64,000 nt of DNA, taken from a virus (taxonomy: Duplodnaviria; Caudoviricetes). The DNA lies in IMG/VR virus record IMGVR_UViG_3300032138_000524, positions 32,001 through 96,000 of that record; one strand, given 5' to 3'. Numbering within the stretch: position 1 is the stretch's first letter; the number at the start of each line of letters is the position of its first letter. The translations under genes and the position numbers were made by a program. The notes below the pieces were generated by a model that was not told where the DNA came from, searched no databases, and worked only from the letters and a program-made list of their open reading frames with translations. Shown piece after piece: positions 27,200-37,430 of this stretch.

Positions 27200-30019
27200 A
27201 TGAATAAACGTAATCTAATCTCATCGGTAATGACCATTCTAATGCCTATGTTCCTTTTCGGACAAGCAGTAATTGAAGAAAAGGTAGAGACAAGCATTGG
27301 TGGTGTAGTTTCTGATGAGTCAAACAATCCAATAGTTGGAGCCAATGTGATTGTAGAAGGAACTGATTTAGGTTCAGCTGCAGATGCAGATGGATACTAC
27401 TCTATTGATTTAGGGGCAGGTTCTTATTCACTTACAGCTTCCGCAATTGGATATGAATCTCAATCGTCTGAGGTGTCAATAAAAGAAGGTGATTCAGGAA
27501 TTACCAACTTTGTATTGGTCATATCAGCAATTGAGATGTCGGCATTAGAAGTTTTAGCTTCTCGTGCAGGCGAAAAGACACCTGTTGCACATACAACGGT
27601 AGAAAAAGCAGAAATTGAATTTCGTCTTGGTTCACAAGACTTACCAATGTCTCTTAATCTAACACCAAGTGTATATGCAACTCAACAAGGTGGTGGTGCG
27701 GGTGATGCTCGTATCAATGTTCGTGGTTTTAATCAACGGAATGTGGCGGTAATGATTAACGGAGTCCCACAAAATGATATGGAAAACGGTTGGGTCTATT
27801 GGTCTAACTGGGACGGTGTAGCAGACGCTGCACATTCTATCCAGATGCAACGTGGACTCTCCGCAGTCAATTTAGCTACCCCTTCCATTGGTGGAACTAT
27901 GAACATCATAACTGATCCTACTGCTCACGAAAAGGGTGGTAAGTTCAAACAAGAAAGTGGCGCAGGTGGTTTTCTAAAAACCACTCTGAATTATAATAGT
28001 GGTCTTATAGGTGATAAATTCGCCTTGAGTGGTACTATTGTAAGAAAAACAGGTGATGGTGTCATAGACAAAACATGGACAGACGCTTGGGCATATTACT
28101 TTGGTGCAAGTTACGCACTAAACGCTGATAACCGATTCGAATTATACGCAATCGGTGCTCCACAACGACATGGACATAATTTATACAAACAGAATCTTGG
28201 TGCATACGATGCCGATTTTGCTGCGAGTGTAGATGGATATGATACTGAAGCACTTGGTGAAGATGGTAAGTTCAAGGATGTCGGTAGGTTCTTTAATCAG
28301 AACTGGTCACCAGTTGATCCGTCATATACAGGTAAACAATACTATTATATGTATGGAGCTAAAACTGTTGATAGACACGATCCTAACTTCATTAATGAAA
28401 GAGAAAATTTCTTTCATAAACCATTAGTAAACCTTAACCATTATTTAACTATCGATGACAAAACAAGACTGAGTTCAGTTCTGTATTGGAGTGGTGGTTC
28501 AGGTGGTGGAACTGGTACTTATGGTAGGATTCCTACAACGGATGCTGATGGAGTTACGGGTCTGGAGGATTATAAGTTCTATTATGGTCGTAGTCCTTGG
28601 ACACGTGATTGGAATGCTCTTATCGCTATGAATAGTGGTGATGATGATACAGTATATGTAGACAAAAGAGTTCTTCCAAGAACACACGGTGAAGGTAATA
28701 ACCAATCTGTAGGTATTTTGAGGAATAGTATTAATCGTCAGAATACACTTGGTCTTATTTCTAAACTTAACTATGATTTTAGTGATGAACTTAAATTACA
28801 AGTTGGTATAGATTGGAGAACAGCAGGTATCGAACACGCACGTGAAGTTCGTGATTTGATGGGTGGAGATTATTATTTGGATTTTGCAGATGATAACGCA
28901 CCAGATGGTAAAAGAGTTGAGTTAGGTGATATAATCGCTTATCACAATGAAACTACCGTTGATTGGTTAGGTGGATTCTTACAGGGTTCATATTCTTCAG
29001 GACCACTTTCCGCATATGGTATGGGTGGAGTATCAAGCATAGCTTATACTTACCAAGACCATTTCACAGTTGCTGATGAAGTAATATCTGCAGACGCTAT
29101 TATTACTACTCAGTTCAAAGGTGGAGCAATGTATGATGTTACTGAAGGACTTAGTGTTTTCGGTAACTTTGGTATAGTAGAAAAACCGCCCATTATGGAT
29201 AATGTGATTTATTTTGATGGAACGGTTGCTTCAGATCCCGCAAACGAAAGATTCGTCAGTTCAGAAGCTGGTGTAAACTATTCGTCAGGGATTGGAGCAG
29301 TTAAAGTATCTGCTTATAGTACAGATTGGAAAGACAGAAACCTTACCAAATCTGTAACAAGCGGACAAGGTTCAAGTGGTGATACTGATGTTATATTCCT
29401 AAGTGGAATAAATCAGAAACACCAAGGTGTTGAAATTGAAGCTTCCACACAAGTACTTGATTTACTTAGCTTAGGTGCTATAGTAAGTCTTGGAAATTGG
29501 AAGTTCGATGGTGATGCCGATGGAAATTATCAAGAAGATGAGTTTAACGAAGATGGTCAAGTCATTGGACAAACGACTACTCCGTATTCTTACGCACTTG
29601 ATGGTTTGTTTGTTGGTGATATGCCTCAAACATCTTACGCACTTGTTGGAACTCTAACTCCCATAAAGGGATTACAGTTACAGGCAGTATACAATCAGTA
29701 TGATAACAATTATTCTGATTGGAGTCCTGGAGCAAGAGAGTATGATGGTTCAGATGCAGACGCAGACAGAGAACAAGTATGGAAAGCACCTGGATATTCC
29801 AAAGTGGATCTCCACGCTTCCTATAAACTACCGATTGGTGGATATGATGCATCTTTATTCGCTCATGTATTTAACGCGACAGACGCAGTATTTGTTCAAG
29901 ATGCGGTAGATCACAGTCAATACAATAGTTACGGTGATAAAACACACGCAGCTCACAACGCAGAAGTATTTCTTGGAACTCCAAGATATTTCAATGTTGG
30001 TATTGCAGTTAGTTTCTAA
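27200..30019 (+). CDS. TonB-dependent outer-membrane receptor with CarboxypepD_reg-like N-terminal domain
   Basis: Signal peptide; PIVGANVIVEGT..G..AD.DGYYSI; plug RINVRGF...INGVP; C-terminal PRYFNVGIAVSF. Confidence 0.9.
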   Translation: MNKRNLISSVMTILMPMFLFGQAVIEEKVETSIGGVVSDESNNPIVGANVIVEGTDLGSAADADGYYSIDLGAGSYSLTASAIGYESQSSEVSIKEGDSGITNFVLVISAIEMSALEVLASRAGEKTPVAHTTVEKAEIEFRLGSQDLPMSLNLTPSVYATQQGGGAGDARINVRGFNQRNVAVMINGVPQNDMENGWVYWSNWDGVADAAHSIQMQRGLSAVNLATPSIGGTMNIITDPTAHEKGGKFKQESGAGGFLKTTLNYNSGLIGDKFALSGTIVRKTGDGVIDKTWTDAWAYYFGASYALNADNRFELYAIGAPQRHGHNLYKQNLGAYDADFAASVDGYDTEALGEDGKFKDVGRFFNQNWSPVDPSYTGKQYYYMYGAKTVDRHDPNFINERENFFHKPLVNLNHYLTIDDKTRLSSVLYWSGGSGGGTGTYGRIPTTDADGVTGLEDYKFYYGRSPWTRDWNALIAMNSGDDDTVYVDKRVLPRTHGEGNNQSVGILRNSINRQNTLGLISKLNYDFSDELKLQVGIDWRTAGIEHAREVRDLMGGDYYLDFADDNAPDGKRVELGDIIAYHNETTVDWLGGFLQGSYSSGPLSAYGMGGVSSIAYTYQDHFTVADEVISADAIITTQFKGGAMYDVTEGLSVFGNFGIVEKPPIMDNVIYFDGTVASDPANERFVSSEAGVNYSSGIGAVKVSAYSTDWKDRNLTKSVTSGQGSSGDTDVIFLSGINQKHQGVEIEASTQVLDLLSLGAIVSLGNWKFDGDADGNYQEDEFNEDGQVIGQTTTPYSYALDGLFVGDMPQTSYALVGTLTPIKGLQLQAVYNQYDNNYSDWSPGAREYDGSDADADREQVWKAPGYSKVDLHASYKLPIGGYDASLFAHVFNATDAVFVQDAVDHSQYNSYGDKTHAAHNAEVFLGTPRYFNVGIAVSF

Positions 30020-30030
30020 TAGTAGAGTTC

Positions 30031-30064
30031 GGGGGGGATTGGAATATATTTCCCCCACTTTATT
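30031..30064 (+). terminator. Probable terminator hairpin
   Basis: GGGGGA...TCCCCC stem followed by CTTTATT. Confidence 0.45.
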
Positions 30065-30081
30065 AAAATCGGAGAGTTAAA

Positions 30082-31074
30082 ATGCACAAATTAGAATATT
30101 TGTGGTTGGACGGTTGTAACCCAACTCAAATTAGAAGTAAAACCAAGATAGTTAAGTCTTTTGGACGAAAGGGTGGTGAGGCACCAGTATGGGGATTTGA
30201 TGGCAGTTCAACTGAACAGGCAGAAGGTAAAAATTCTGATTGTGTGTTGAAACCAGTAAGGGTATATCCACATCCATCTGAACAAGATAATAGTTCAATA
30301 GTTTTATGTGAAGTATGGAATGTAGATGATACACCACATTCAACAAATACAAGGAGAGAGTTAGAGGAAACATTACAAGCTTTAGAAAGTGATATTGATG
30401 AATGGGTAGGATTCGAACAAGAATACACTTTATATGAAAACAATAAACCATACGGTTGGCCAGATATAGGAGAACCACCACCACAAGGAGATTATTATTG
30501 TGGTAGAAACATTGGTGAAAATATATCAAGAGAACATATGAACGCCTGTATAGAAGCAGGTATTCAGATTTGTGGAACAAACGCAGAAGTGATGTTAGGT
30601 CAATGGGAATATCAGATTGGTGCAGGTGGTTCAATTCATATGAGTGATGACTTGTGGGTAGCCCGTTGGTTAATGGAAAGAATTTGTGAGAAACACGAGT
30701 TATCAGTTTCGTTACATCCAAAACCAATCGCAGGTGATTGGAATGGTGCAGGATGTCATACTAACTTCTCTACAGGGGAAATGAGAGAAGATGGTGGATA
30801 TCCAGCTATTATTGAGGCCTGTGAAAAGTTATCAGAAAATCCACAAGAACATATTGATGTGTATGGTCAAGATAATGACCAAAGACTTACAGGAGAACAC
30901 GAAACTTGTTCTATTGAAGAATTTCGTTATGGAGTTTCAGATAGAGGAGCATCAATTCGTATTCCTTGGCAAGTAGAGAAAGATGGTTGTGGTTATTTAG
31001 AAGATAGACGACCATCATCTAACTGTGATCCGTATAAAGTTAGCAAAAAATTGATAGAAACGATTTGTAGTTAG
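30082..31074 (+). CDS. glnII: Glutamine synthetase type II
   Basis: EYLWLDG, WGFDGSST, GFEQEY, NAEVMLGQWEYQIG, HPKPIAGDWNGAGCHTNFS, RGASIRIP, YLEDRRPSSNCDPY. Confidence 0.9.
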   Translation: MHKLEYLWLDGCNPTQIRSKTKIVKSFGRKGGEAPVWGFDGSSTEQAEGKNSDCVLKPVRVYPHPSEQDNSSIVLCEVWNVDDTPHSTNTRRELEETLQALESDIDEWVGFEQEYTLYENNKPYGWPDIGEPPPQGDYYCGRNIGENISREHMNACIEAGIQICGTNAEVMLGQWEYQIGAGGSIHMSDDLWVARWLMERICEKHELSVSLHPKPIAGDWNGAGCHTNFSTGEMREDGGYPAIIEACEKLSENPQEHIDVYGQDNDQRLTGEHETCSIEEFRYGVSDRGASIRIPWQVEKDGCGYLEDRRPSSNCDPYKVSKKLIETICS

Positions 31075-31098
31075 ATATTTATAGTAAAAGAGGTTATA

Positions 31099-33630
31099 TT
31101 GTATCAAAACGTTTATTACGAAAGTCGTAAAAACAAAGTACATATATGGGATGATAAAAGTGGTCATGTAGTTGTGCCTTATAAAAGGTATGCTTATGTG
31201 AAAGATAATTATGGAACTCATGTATCTTTGTATGGTGACAGATTAAAGAAAGTATATAAGTGGGAAAAAGGTCTTAAAGGATTACACGAAAGTGATATAA
31301 ATCCTGAAACACGAACTCTCATTGATATGTATACCAATAGTGAAGAACCATCAACTGGTCATAAAATTATGATTATTGATATTGAGGTAGAAGTTACAGA
31401 AGGATTTCCAAGTCCACAAAAGGCACCAAATAAGATTACTTCTATTGCCATTCACGATAGTGTAACCGACCATTATTGGTGTTTTGTTCTTGATGAACAA
31501 AGTAAACTCCAACGGTCTGATTGGGGTAAAAATGTAACTGTAGAAACTTTTGATAAAGAGTTTGGGTTATTACAGAGGTTTTACGCAAAGTATTTAGAAA
31601 TACGACCAACTATTATAACTGGTTGGAATGTAGATGGTTTTGATATTCCGTATCTTTACAATCGTTCACAACAGATAGTTGGTAAGAATATTGCTGATTG
31701 TCTTTCACCAATTTCAAAAGTATTTTATAATAAATACAGAGAAAAATATATGATAGCAGGGGTGAGTTGTTTAGACTACCTTATGTTATACAAGAATTTT
31801 ACTTTTAGTTCTAAACCATCTTACAGATTAGATGAGATTGGTAAGAGTGAAGTTGGAACATCCAAAATATCATACGAGGGAACTTTAAATGATTTATATG
31901 AAAACCACTTGGAAGATTTTGTTAAGTATAATATTCACGATGTTAGGATAGTAAAGAAATTAGACGACAAGTTAGATTTTATTGATGTAGCTCGTGGTAT
32001 TTGTCATGTAGGGCATGTTCCGTATGAGGACATTGTGTATGATTCTCGGTTCTTGGAAGGTGCAATATTAGTATATATGAAAAAACTTGGAGTTGTAGCA
32101 CCTAATAAAACACCACGAGAAGATGTAAAGAAAGATAAGAAATTTGCAGGAGCATATGTTCAGGATCCACAAAAAGGTAGACACGATTGGGTGTATGATT
32201 TAGATATTACATCTATGTATCCGTCAATTATTATGAGTTTGAATGTATCTCCTGAAATGAAGATTGGTAAAGTTGTTGGTTGGAATCCAGAAGAATTTAT
32301 TAGAGGTAAGAATAAGACTTATTCTATTCAAATGAATGGAAAGAAGAAAGGACAATTTACTGAAACAGAGTTGAAAGATTTCTTTGATAAAAATCAAGTA
32401 TCTATATCCAATAATGGTATTTTATATAGAACTGATAAACAAGGATTAATACCAACATTATTATCAGAATGGTTTGATAAACGAAAAGAGTTTAGAAAGT
32501 TAGCAAAAAAGTTTGGTGATGAGGGTGATGAAGAAAAATATGGTTATTTTAATAGACGACAACATATTCAGAAGATTGTGTTGAACTCTATGTATGGAGT
32601 ATTGGGTTTACCAGTATTTAGGTTCTATGACTTGGATAATGCAGAAGCAACTACATTAACAGGTCAATCTCTTATTAAGTTCACACGAAAACTTGTTAAT
32701 CACTTTTATAACAAGGAATTAGGAACGGAAAAAGACTATTGTATTTATATTGATACTGATTCAGTATTTTATTCTGCAGTACCATTAATTGAACATAGGT
32801 TTAAGGGTGAAATGAGTGATGTAATGATGACTCAAAGAATTAATGAGGTTGCAACAGAAGTTCAAGGATTTTTAAATGAAACCTATGATTATTTTGCACA
32901 GAAATTCTGTAATTTGAATAAACATCGTTTTGAGATTAAACAAGAAATTGTAGCAAAGAGTGGGTTATTTATAGTAAAGAAACGATATGGTATGAAGGTC
33001 ATTTCAGATAATGGTGTTCAAGTGAACAAAACGATGGTTAAAGGATTAGATACAGTTCGTAGTAATTTTGCACCACTATTCAGACAATTATTAGCTGATG
33101 TATTAGATGATATTTTAGGAAGTGTTCCAAAGGACAAGATAGACCACAGAATAACAAGATTTAAAAAGAATATGAAACTTAATCAACTCGATGAAATCTC
33201 ATCTCCGACTGGAGTTAAGGGGATATGGAAATATTTGAGAAAAGATAATGAACATACTTCAGATTTACTTGAAAAACAAAAAGATAGACGAGTATTTTCT
33301 TTATTCCATAAAGGAACACCAGTTCATGTAAAGGCAGCAATTGCATACAATGACTTGGTTAGGTATTTTGGCCAAGATAACAAATATGGGTTTATAAATA
33401 ATGGGGATAAAATTCGTTGGGTGTATCTGAAAAATAATCCATTGGGGTTAAAGGTCGTGGCATATAAAGGACATGAAGATCCACCAGAAATTATGAAATA
33501 TATAGATGAACATATAGACCACGATAAAATTTATGACCAAGCAATGACCAAAAAATTACAAATGTTTTATGATTGTTTGGATTGGGGAAAACCAGTAGAT
33601 GAAGAACAAAGTATAGAAAGATTTTTTTGA
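31099..33630 (+). CDS. Family B DNA polymerase (gp43-like)
   Basis: Exo DIEV and GWNVDGFDIPY; DLDITSMYPS; KIVLNSMYG; YIDTDS; KKRY; TTG start after AAGAGG. Confidence 0.93.
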   Translation: MYQNVYYESRKNKVHIWDDKSGHVVVPYKRYAYVKDNYGTHVSLYGDRLKKVYKWEKGLKGLHESDINPETRTLIDMYTNSEEPSTGHKIMIIDIEVEVTEGFPSPQKAPNKITSIAIHDSVTDHYWCFVLDEQSKLQRSDWGKNVTVETFDKEFGLLQRFYAKYLEIRPTIITGWNVDGFDIPYLYNRSQQIVGKNIADCLSPISKVFYNKYREKYMIAGVSCLDYLMLYKNFTFSSKPSYRLDEIGKSEVGTSKISYEGTLNDLYENHLEDFVKYNIHDVRIVKKLDDKLDFIDVARGICHVGHVPYEDIVYDSRFLEGAILVYMKKLGVVAPNKTPREDVKKDKKFAGAYVQDPQKGRHDWVYDLDITSMYPSIIMSLNVSPEMKIGKVVGWNPEEFIRGKNKTYSIQMNGKKKGQFTETELKDFFDKNQVSISNNGILYRTDKQGLIPTLLSEWFDKRKEFRKLAKKFGDEGDEEKYGYFNRRQHIQKIVLNSMYGVLGLPVFRFYDLDNAEATTLTGQSLIKFTRKLVNHFYNKELGTEKDYCIYIDTDSVFYSAVPLIEHRFKGEMSDVMMTQRINEVATEVQGFLNETYDYFAQKFCNLNKHRFEIKQEIVAKSGLFIVKKRYGMKVISDNGVQVNKTMVKGLDTVRSNFAPLFRQLLADVLDDILGSVPKDKIDHRITRFKKNMKLNQLDEISSPTGVKGIWKYLRKDNEHTSDLLEKQKDRRVFSLFHKGTPVHVKAAIAYNDLVRYFGQDNKYGFINNGDKIRWVYLKNNPLGLKVVAYKGHEDPPEIMKYIDEHIDHDKIYDQAMTKKLQMFYDCLDWGKPVDEEQSIERFF

Positions 33631-33688
33631 TTTTGAACAAAGTTGTATATATGTATATATAACAGATTAACAATAAGGAGAATAATAA

Positions 33689-34408
33689 ATGAATAAATAC
33701 AAATTAACTCGTTTCATTGATAAATACCATTTAGGTGGTAATGTTAATGCAGTGGTTATCAATAGTAAAAAAGACAGTCTTACGACTCGTTTTATTACTG
33801 GAGATAAAGCACTACTCGGTGAACTATCAATGGCTAATTGGACATTTGATGAAGCCGAATTAGGAGTTTACGATACGGAACAACTTAGTAGATTATTAGG
33901 TGTTTTGGATGATGATGTAAATCTTAATTTGACTCAATCAGGTGATAAAGCAATTGCAGTTGAGATTTCTGATGCACTATCCAAAGTCAACTTTATGTTG
34001 TCGGATAAATCAGTTATAAATCAACCACCACCTTTGAAACAACTTCCTGAATTTCAGATAGCAATCAAGGTGGATTCCAATTTCATTCAGAGGTTCATTA
34101 GTGGTAAATCTGCATTACCAGATACAGATACCTTCACGGTAATTACCGATGATGATGGAGTGAAACTTGTTATAGGTTATTCGTCAATTAATACAAACAG
34201 GGTTACTATTCCTGTTGAAACTACTGAACATTCTAATATAGAAAATGTGTCTTTTAACGCAAATTTATTCAAAGATGTGTTAGTAGCAAATAAGGAATGT
34301 GAAAGTGCAACGCTTGAAGTAAGTGAACAAGGATTGTCAAAAATCAATTTTAAGGTTGATGACTATGATGTTACTTACTTTCTTGTAGCCGTCCAAACAG
34401 TTGATTGA
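33689..34408 (+). CDS. Sliding clamp (gp45/PCNA-like)
   Basis: 239 aa directly after PolB; alternating beta/alpha pattern ending VTYFLVA as in clamps. Confidence 0.7.
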   Translation: MNKYKLTRFIDKYHLGGNVNAVVINSKKDSLTTRFITGDKALLGELSMANWTFDEAELGVYDTEQLSRLLGVLDDDVNLNLTQSGDKAIAVEISDALSKVNFMLSDKSVINQPPPLKQLPEFQIAIKVDSNFIQRFISGKSALPDTDTFTVITDDDGVKLVIGYSSINTNRVTIPVETTEHSNIENVSFNANLFKDVLVANKECESATLEVSEQGLSKINFKVDDYDVTYFLVAVQTVD

Positions 34409-35375
34409 TTTTGATAATTTCCCAACTTTTAGTGAAGAACATTTCCAGACTTGGACAAATGAATTAACACCGATTGAAGAACATAAAGGTTATTTAGTTA
34501 AACGAGATGACCTTTTCAATCTAAGTGGAGTTTCTGGAGGCAAAGTTAGACAATGTTCTAAACTTGTCTATGATAATTTAGACCACATACTCAATGAGTG
34601 TAATGGTGGGATATTAACGGCTGCCGGTATTCCGTCGCCACAAAGTTGTATCACATCAGCAGTCGCTAAGTATTTTGGTCTAAAATGTTTGATTACGATA
34701 CCACATTATCCAGACCACATTAGAGATAGTTATAGAGTAAATGCTTCATTATCGCAGAAGTTTGGTGCCAAGGTGTATGGAGTAGGTAATCCGAATATAT
34801 CAGGACCAGAACTTGATGCCAAGAAATTAGTAGGTGAAACGGGTTATTTTCAGATAAAATTTGGTATGAATGGACGACAAGTAATGAAAACTATTGCCCA
34901 ACAAGTCAAAAATGTTCCAGATCACGTGACAACAGTCGTGGGGATCGCTGGGAGTGGTTTGTCTATGTTAGGTGTAGCAATGGGTTGTAAGTTGTATAAT
35001 AAGAATATTAAAACGATATATCCTGTAGCATTAAGTAGTTATGTGTATAAAAACAAGAAAATGTGGTATGATCGTCTCCCAAAACGTGATCAATTTGACG
35101 GAGATTTTAAAGTTGTTCAGTCAGACTATCCATACCAACATAAATTGAAATTAGATGAATCACTACCACTTGACCAAACATACGAGGCAAAAGCATGGGA
35201 TTGGATGGTAAAGAACTTAGAACCATCTGAAAAAGTGTTATTTTGGGATGTTGGTATTAAGGAATATGACTTAGATTATATTGAACCTATCAAATGGCAC
35301 AAAAGTGAATATGAGAAAATCATAGATAGAGAGGTAAGGAGAAAGTCAAAGGTTACAAAACATGACTTTTTCTAA
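34401..35375 (+). CDS. PLP-dependent fold-II enzyme (D-cysteine desulfhydrase / ACC deaminase-like)
   Basis: LTPIE, VKRDDL...SGGKVR (PLP lysine), GIAGSGLSMLG, LDQTYEAKAW. Confidence 0.75.
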   Translation: MIDFDNFPTFSEEHFQTWTNELTPIEEHKGYLVKRDDLFNLSGVSGGKVRQCSKLVYDNLDHILNECNGGILTAAGIPSPQSCITSAVAKYFGLKCLITIPHYPDHIRDSYRVNASLSQKFGAKVYGVGNPNISGPELDAKKLVGETGYFQIKFGMNGRQVMKTIAQQVKNVPDHVTTVVGIAGSGLSMLGVAMGCKLYNKNIKTIYPVALSSYVYKNKKMWYDRLPKRDQFDGDFKVVQSDYPYQHKLKLDESLPLDQTYEAKAWDWMVKNLEPSEKVLFWDVGIKEYDLDYIEPIKWHKSEYEKIIDREVRRKSKVTKHDFF

Positions 35376-35895
35376 GGCGTGGTTAGAAAAGAAGATAATG
35401 TGTGGTTTATGTAACTTCGGTTGCTGTAATCATCCATCATTTCATGTAGAAATCACAGAAGAAGAACAAGAATTTTACCAAAAGGAATATGAATTAGACC
35501 TTGAATTGGAATGGAAGCAAGACGGTTGTTGTAAGTTATTAAAAGATGACAATACAGGCTGTAGTTTGGGAGATGACAGACCAGTATTTTGTAAGTTGTA
35601 TCCATTAGTAGAAAACAAGTCTAATAGATTAGTGATGAATAATTGGGGATACTTACATTGTCCTAAACCTGACAATTATGAATTAGATAAAGTAGTAGAT
35701 GGAAAATATCACTACAAGTTAAAAAAGAAACATAAGAATAAACGAGATAAATTGATATTGGATGATAAGATAGAAAATGTGGTTAAACAGATTTGGTTGC
35801 AATCAAAAGATTCTATTATTCAGAAATATGGTCGAGAGTATTATGAGAAAATAAAAATGGAAATGAAACAAACAATTAAACACGAGTTTTTTTAA
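35362..35895 (+). CDS. CxxCxxxCC Fe-S/Zn cluster protein (YkgJ-like)
   Basis: CGLCNFGCC, CCKLL...GCSL..RPVFCKLYP, CP. Confidence 0.7.
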   Translation: MTFSKAWLEKKIMCGLCNFGCCNHPSFHVEITEEEQEFYQKEYELDLELEWKQDGCCKLLKDDNTGCSLGDDRPVFCKLYPLVENKSNRLVMNNWGYLHCPKPDNYELDKVVDGKYHYKLKKKHKNKRDKLILDDKIENVVKQIWLQSKDSIIQKYGREYYEKIKMEMKQTIKHEFF

Positions 35896-35898
35896 AAG

Positions 35899-36408
35899 AT
35901 GAGTAAAATATTTTTAATAGGTTTTATGGGAGTTGGTAAAACTACAGTTGGTAAAGTTTTAGCAAAAAAGTTAAATTATAATTTTATCGATACAGATGAC
36001 GTAATAGTTAATAAATTTAATATTCATAATGGTGATATATTGGGATTTTTTGAAGATAGAAAAAAATATTTAGATGAAGAAACTATTATTATTGAAGATT
36101 TAATTAAACAAAAAGATATAGTAGTTGCTACTGGTGGTGGTATTATTTTGAAGAATAAAAACATACAATTAATGATGGAAAATGGAATTGTAATATATTT
36201 GAAAATGTCCGTAGAAACTCAAATTGAAAGAATAGAAAGTTTAGAAGAAAAATCTTTGAAAAAAAGATTTTTACCGACCATTAGAGATAGTGGTAAAAAG
36301 TTTATGGAAGGCAGAAATATACTTTATGAAAATAATGATTTTACTGTTGATACAAATAATAAATCTGTTGAAGAAGTTTGTTCGGATATAATTAGTGAGG
36401 TTTTTTAA
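35899..36408 (+). CDS. aroK: Shikimate kinase-like P-loop kinase
   Basis: IFLIGFMGVGKTTVG, FIDTD, VVATGGG, R..LY. Confidence 0.75.
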   Translation: MSKIFLIGFMGVGKTTVGKVLAKKLNYNFIDTDDVIVNKFNIHNGDILGFFEDRKKYLDEETIIIEDLIKQKDIVVATGGGIILKNKNIQLMMENGIVIYLKMSVETQIERIESLEEKSLKKRFLPTIRDSGKKFMEGRNILYENNDFTVDTNNKSVEEVCSDIISEVF

Positions 36409-37430
36409 TGAGTACAGAAACGGCCTTTTGTGATTTACCTTGGACAAGACTTAAAGTTAGTCCTGGTGGAGAAATAACTAATTGTTGTTGGCAACAGATA
36501 GGTATTGGAAATGTGATACATAAATCATTTACAGATTTATGGACAAATAGTGATACTTTAAAAAGTATTAGAAAAGATATAAAAGATGGAGATTTTCATC
36601 CGTTATGTAGTGAATTTGGTTCTTGCCCATATATGAGTGATGCGAATCCTGCAGAATGGAGTTCTTGGTATTCTAACGAAGAAAGTACTTTTGAGTATGA
36701 TAAGTATCCAACAATGTTAGAACTCGATTTACCAAACACTCATTGTAATATTGGTCCTGGTATTCCAGATGATGATACGAATCCTGCTTGTATTATGTGT
36801 GCAAGACGACTTGATGGGTTTGTTAATGATACTACTCATCTTTTTAAAGGTATATGCGAAAAGATTCAATTTTTGATGCCTTATTTAGAGAGAATTCATA
36901 TTCAAGGATATGCAGAACCACTTTATAAAGATATAGTTTTTGAAGTCTTAGATTGGTTAGATTTTAGTATTTTCAAAAAAAAAGTGTGGTTGAGTATGAT
37001 TACTAACGGAATGTATGTTAATGAAAAGACTTCTAATAGATGGATTGAATCTGCTGATAAAACTACAATAATGGTTTCGATAGATGCTGGAAGCAGAGAA
37101 ACATATAAAAAAATTAGAATAGCAGATGCGTATGATTTAGTGATAAAGAATATGATTAAGTATAGTAAAAATAGAGATGGTGAACAACATAAACTTCATA
37201 TTAATAATAACATTAACACAATTAATGTTCATGAGTGTGTAAAAATGATAGAAGATGCGGATAGGATTGGAGTAGATGTTATACAACTTGGTCCTACGGA
37301 TCCTATGGAAATGACGCAAGATATATGTGTAAATGAATCTAATAGGGAAATATTTGAAGAAAACTTTGAACTTGCAAGATTAAGAGCAGAAGAATTAGGT
37401 GTTAACATTCAACTTTTAAAAGGATTTTAA
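36408..37430 (+). CDS. Radical SAM protein with N-terminal SPASM/twitch domain
   Basis: CDLPW...NCC...C..CP, then CX14CX2C, GYAEPL, ITNG, VSIDAG. Confidence 0.75.
   Translation: MSTETAFCDLPWTRLKVSPGGEITNCCWQQIGIGNVIHKSFTDLWTNSDTLKSIRKDIKDGDFHPLCSEFGSCPYMSDANPAEWSSWYSNEESTFEYDKYPTMLELDLPNTHCNIGPGIPDDDTNPACIMCARRLDGFVNDTTHLFKGICEKIQFLMPYLERIHIQGYAEPLYKDIVFEVLDWLDFSIFKKKVWLSMITNGMYVNEKTSNRWIESADKTTIMVSIDAGSRETYKKIRIADAYDLVIKNMIKYSKNRDGEQHKLHINNNINTINVHECVKMIEDADRIGVDVIQLGPTDPMEMTQDICVNESNREIFEENFELARLRAEELGVNIQLLKGF

Noticed and set aside
25130-33630. Inteins/introns in NrdJ or PolB; stop-codon reassignment
   Set aside because: The proteins are of normal length and uninterrupted, and TAA, TAG and TGA all end genes normally under the standard code.
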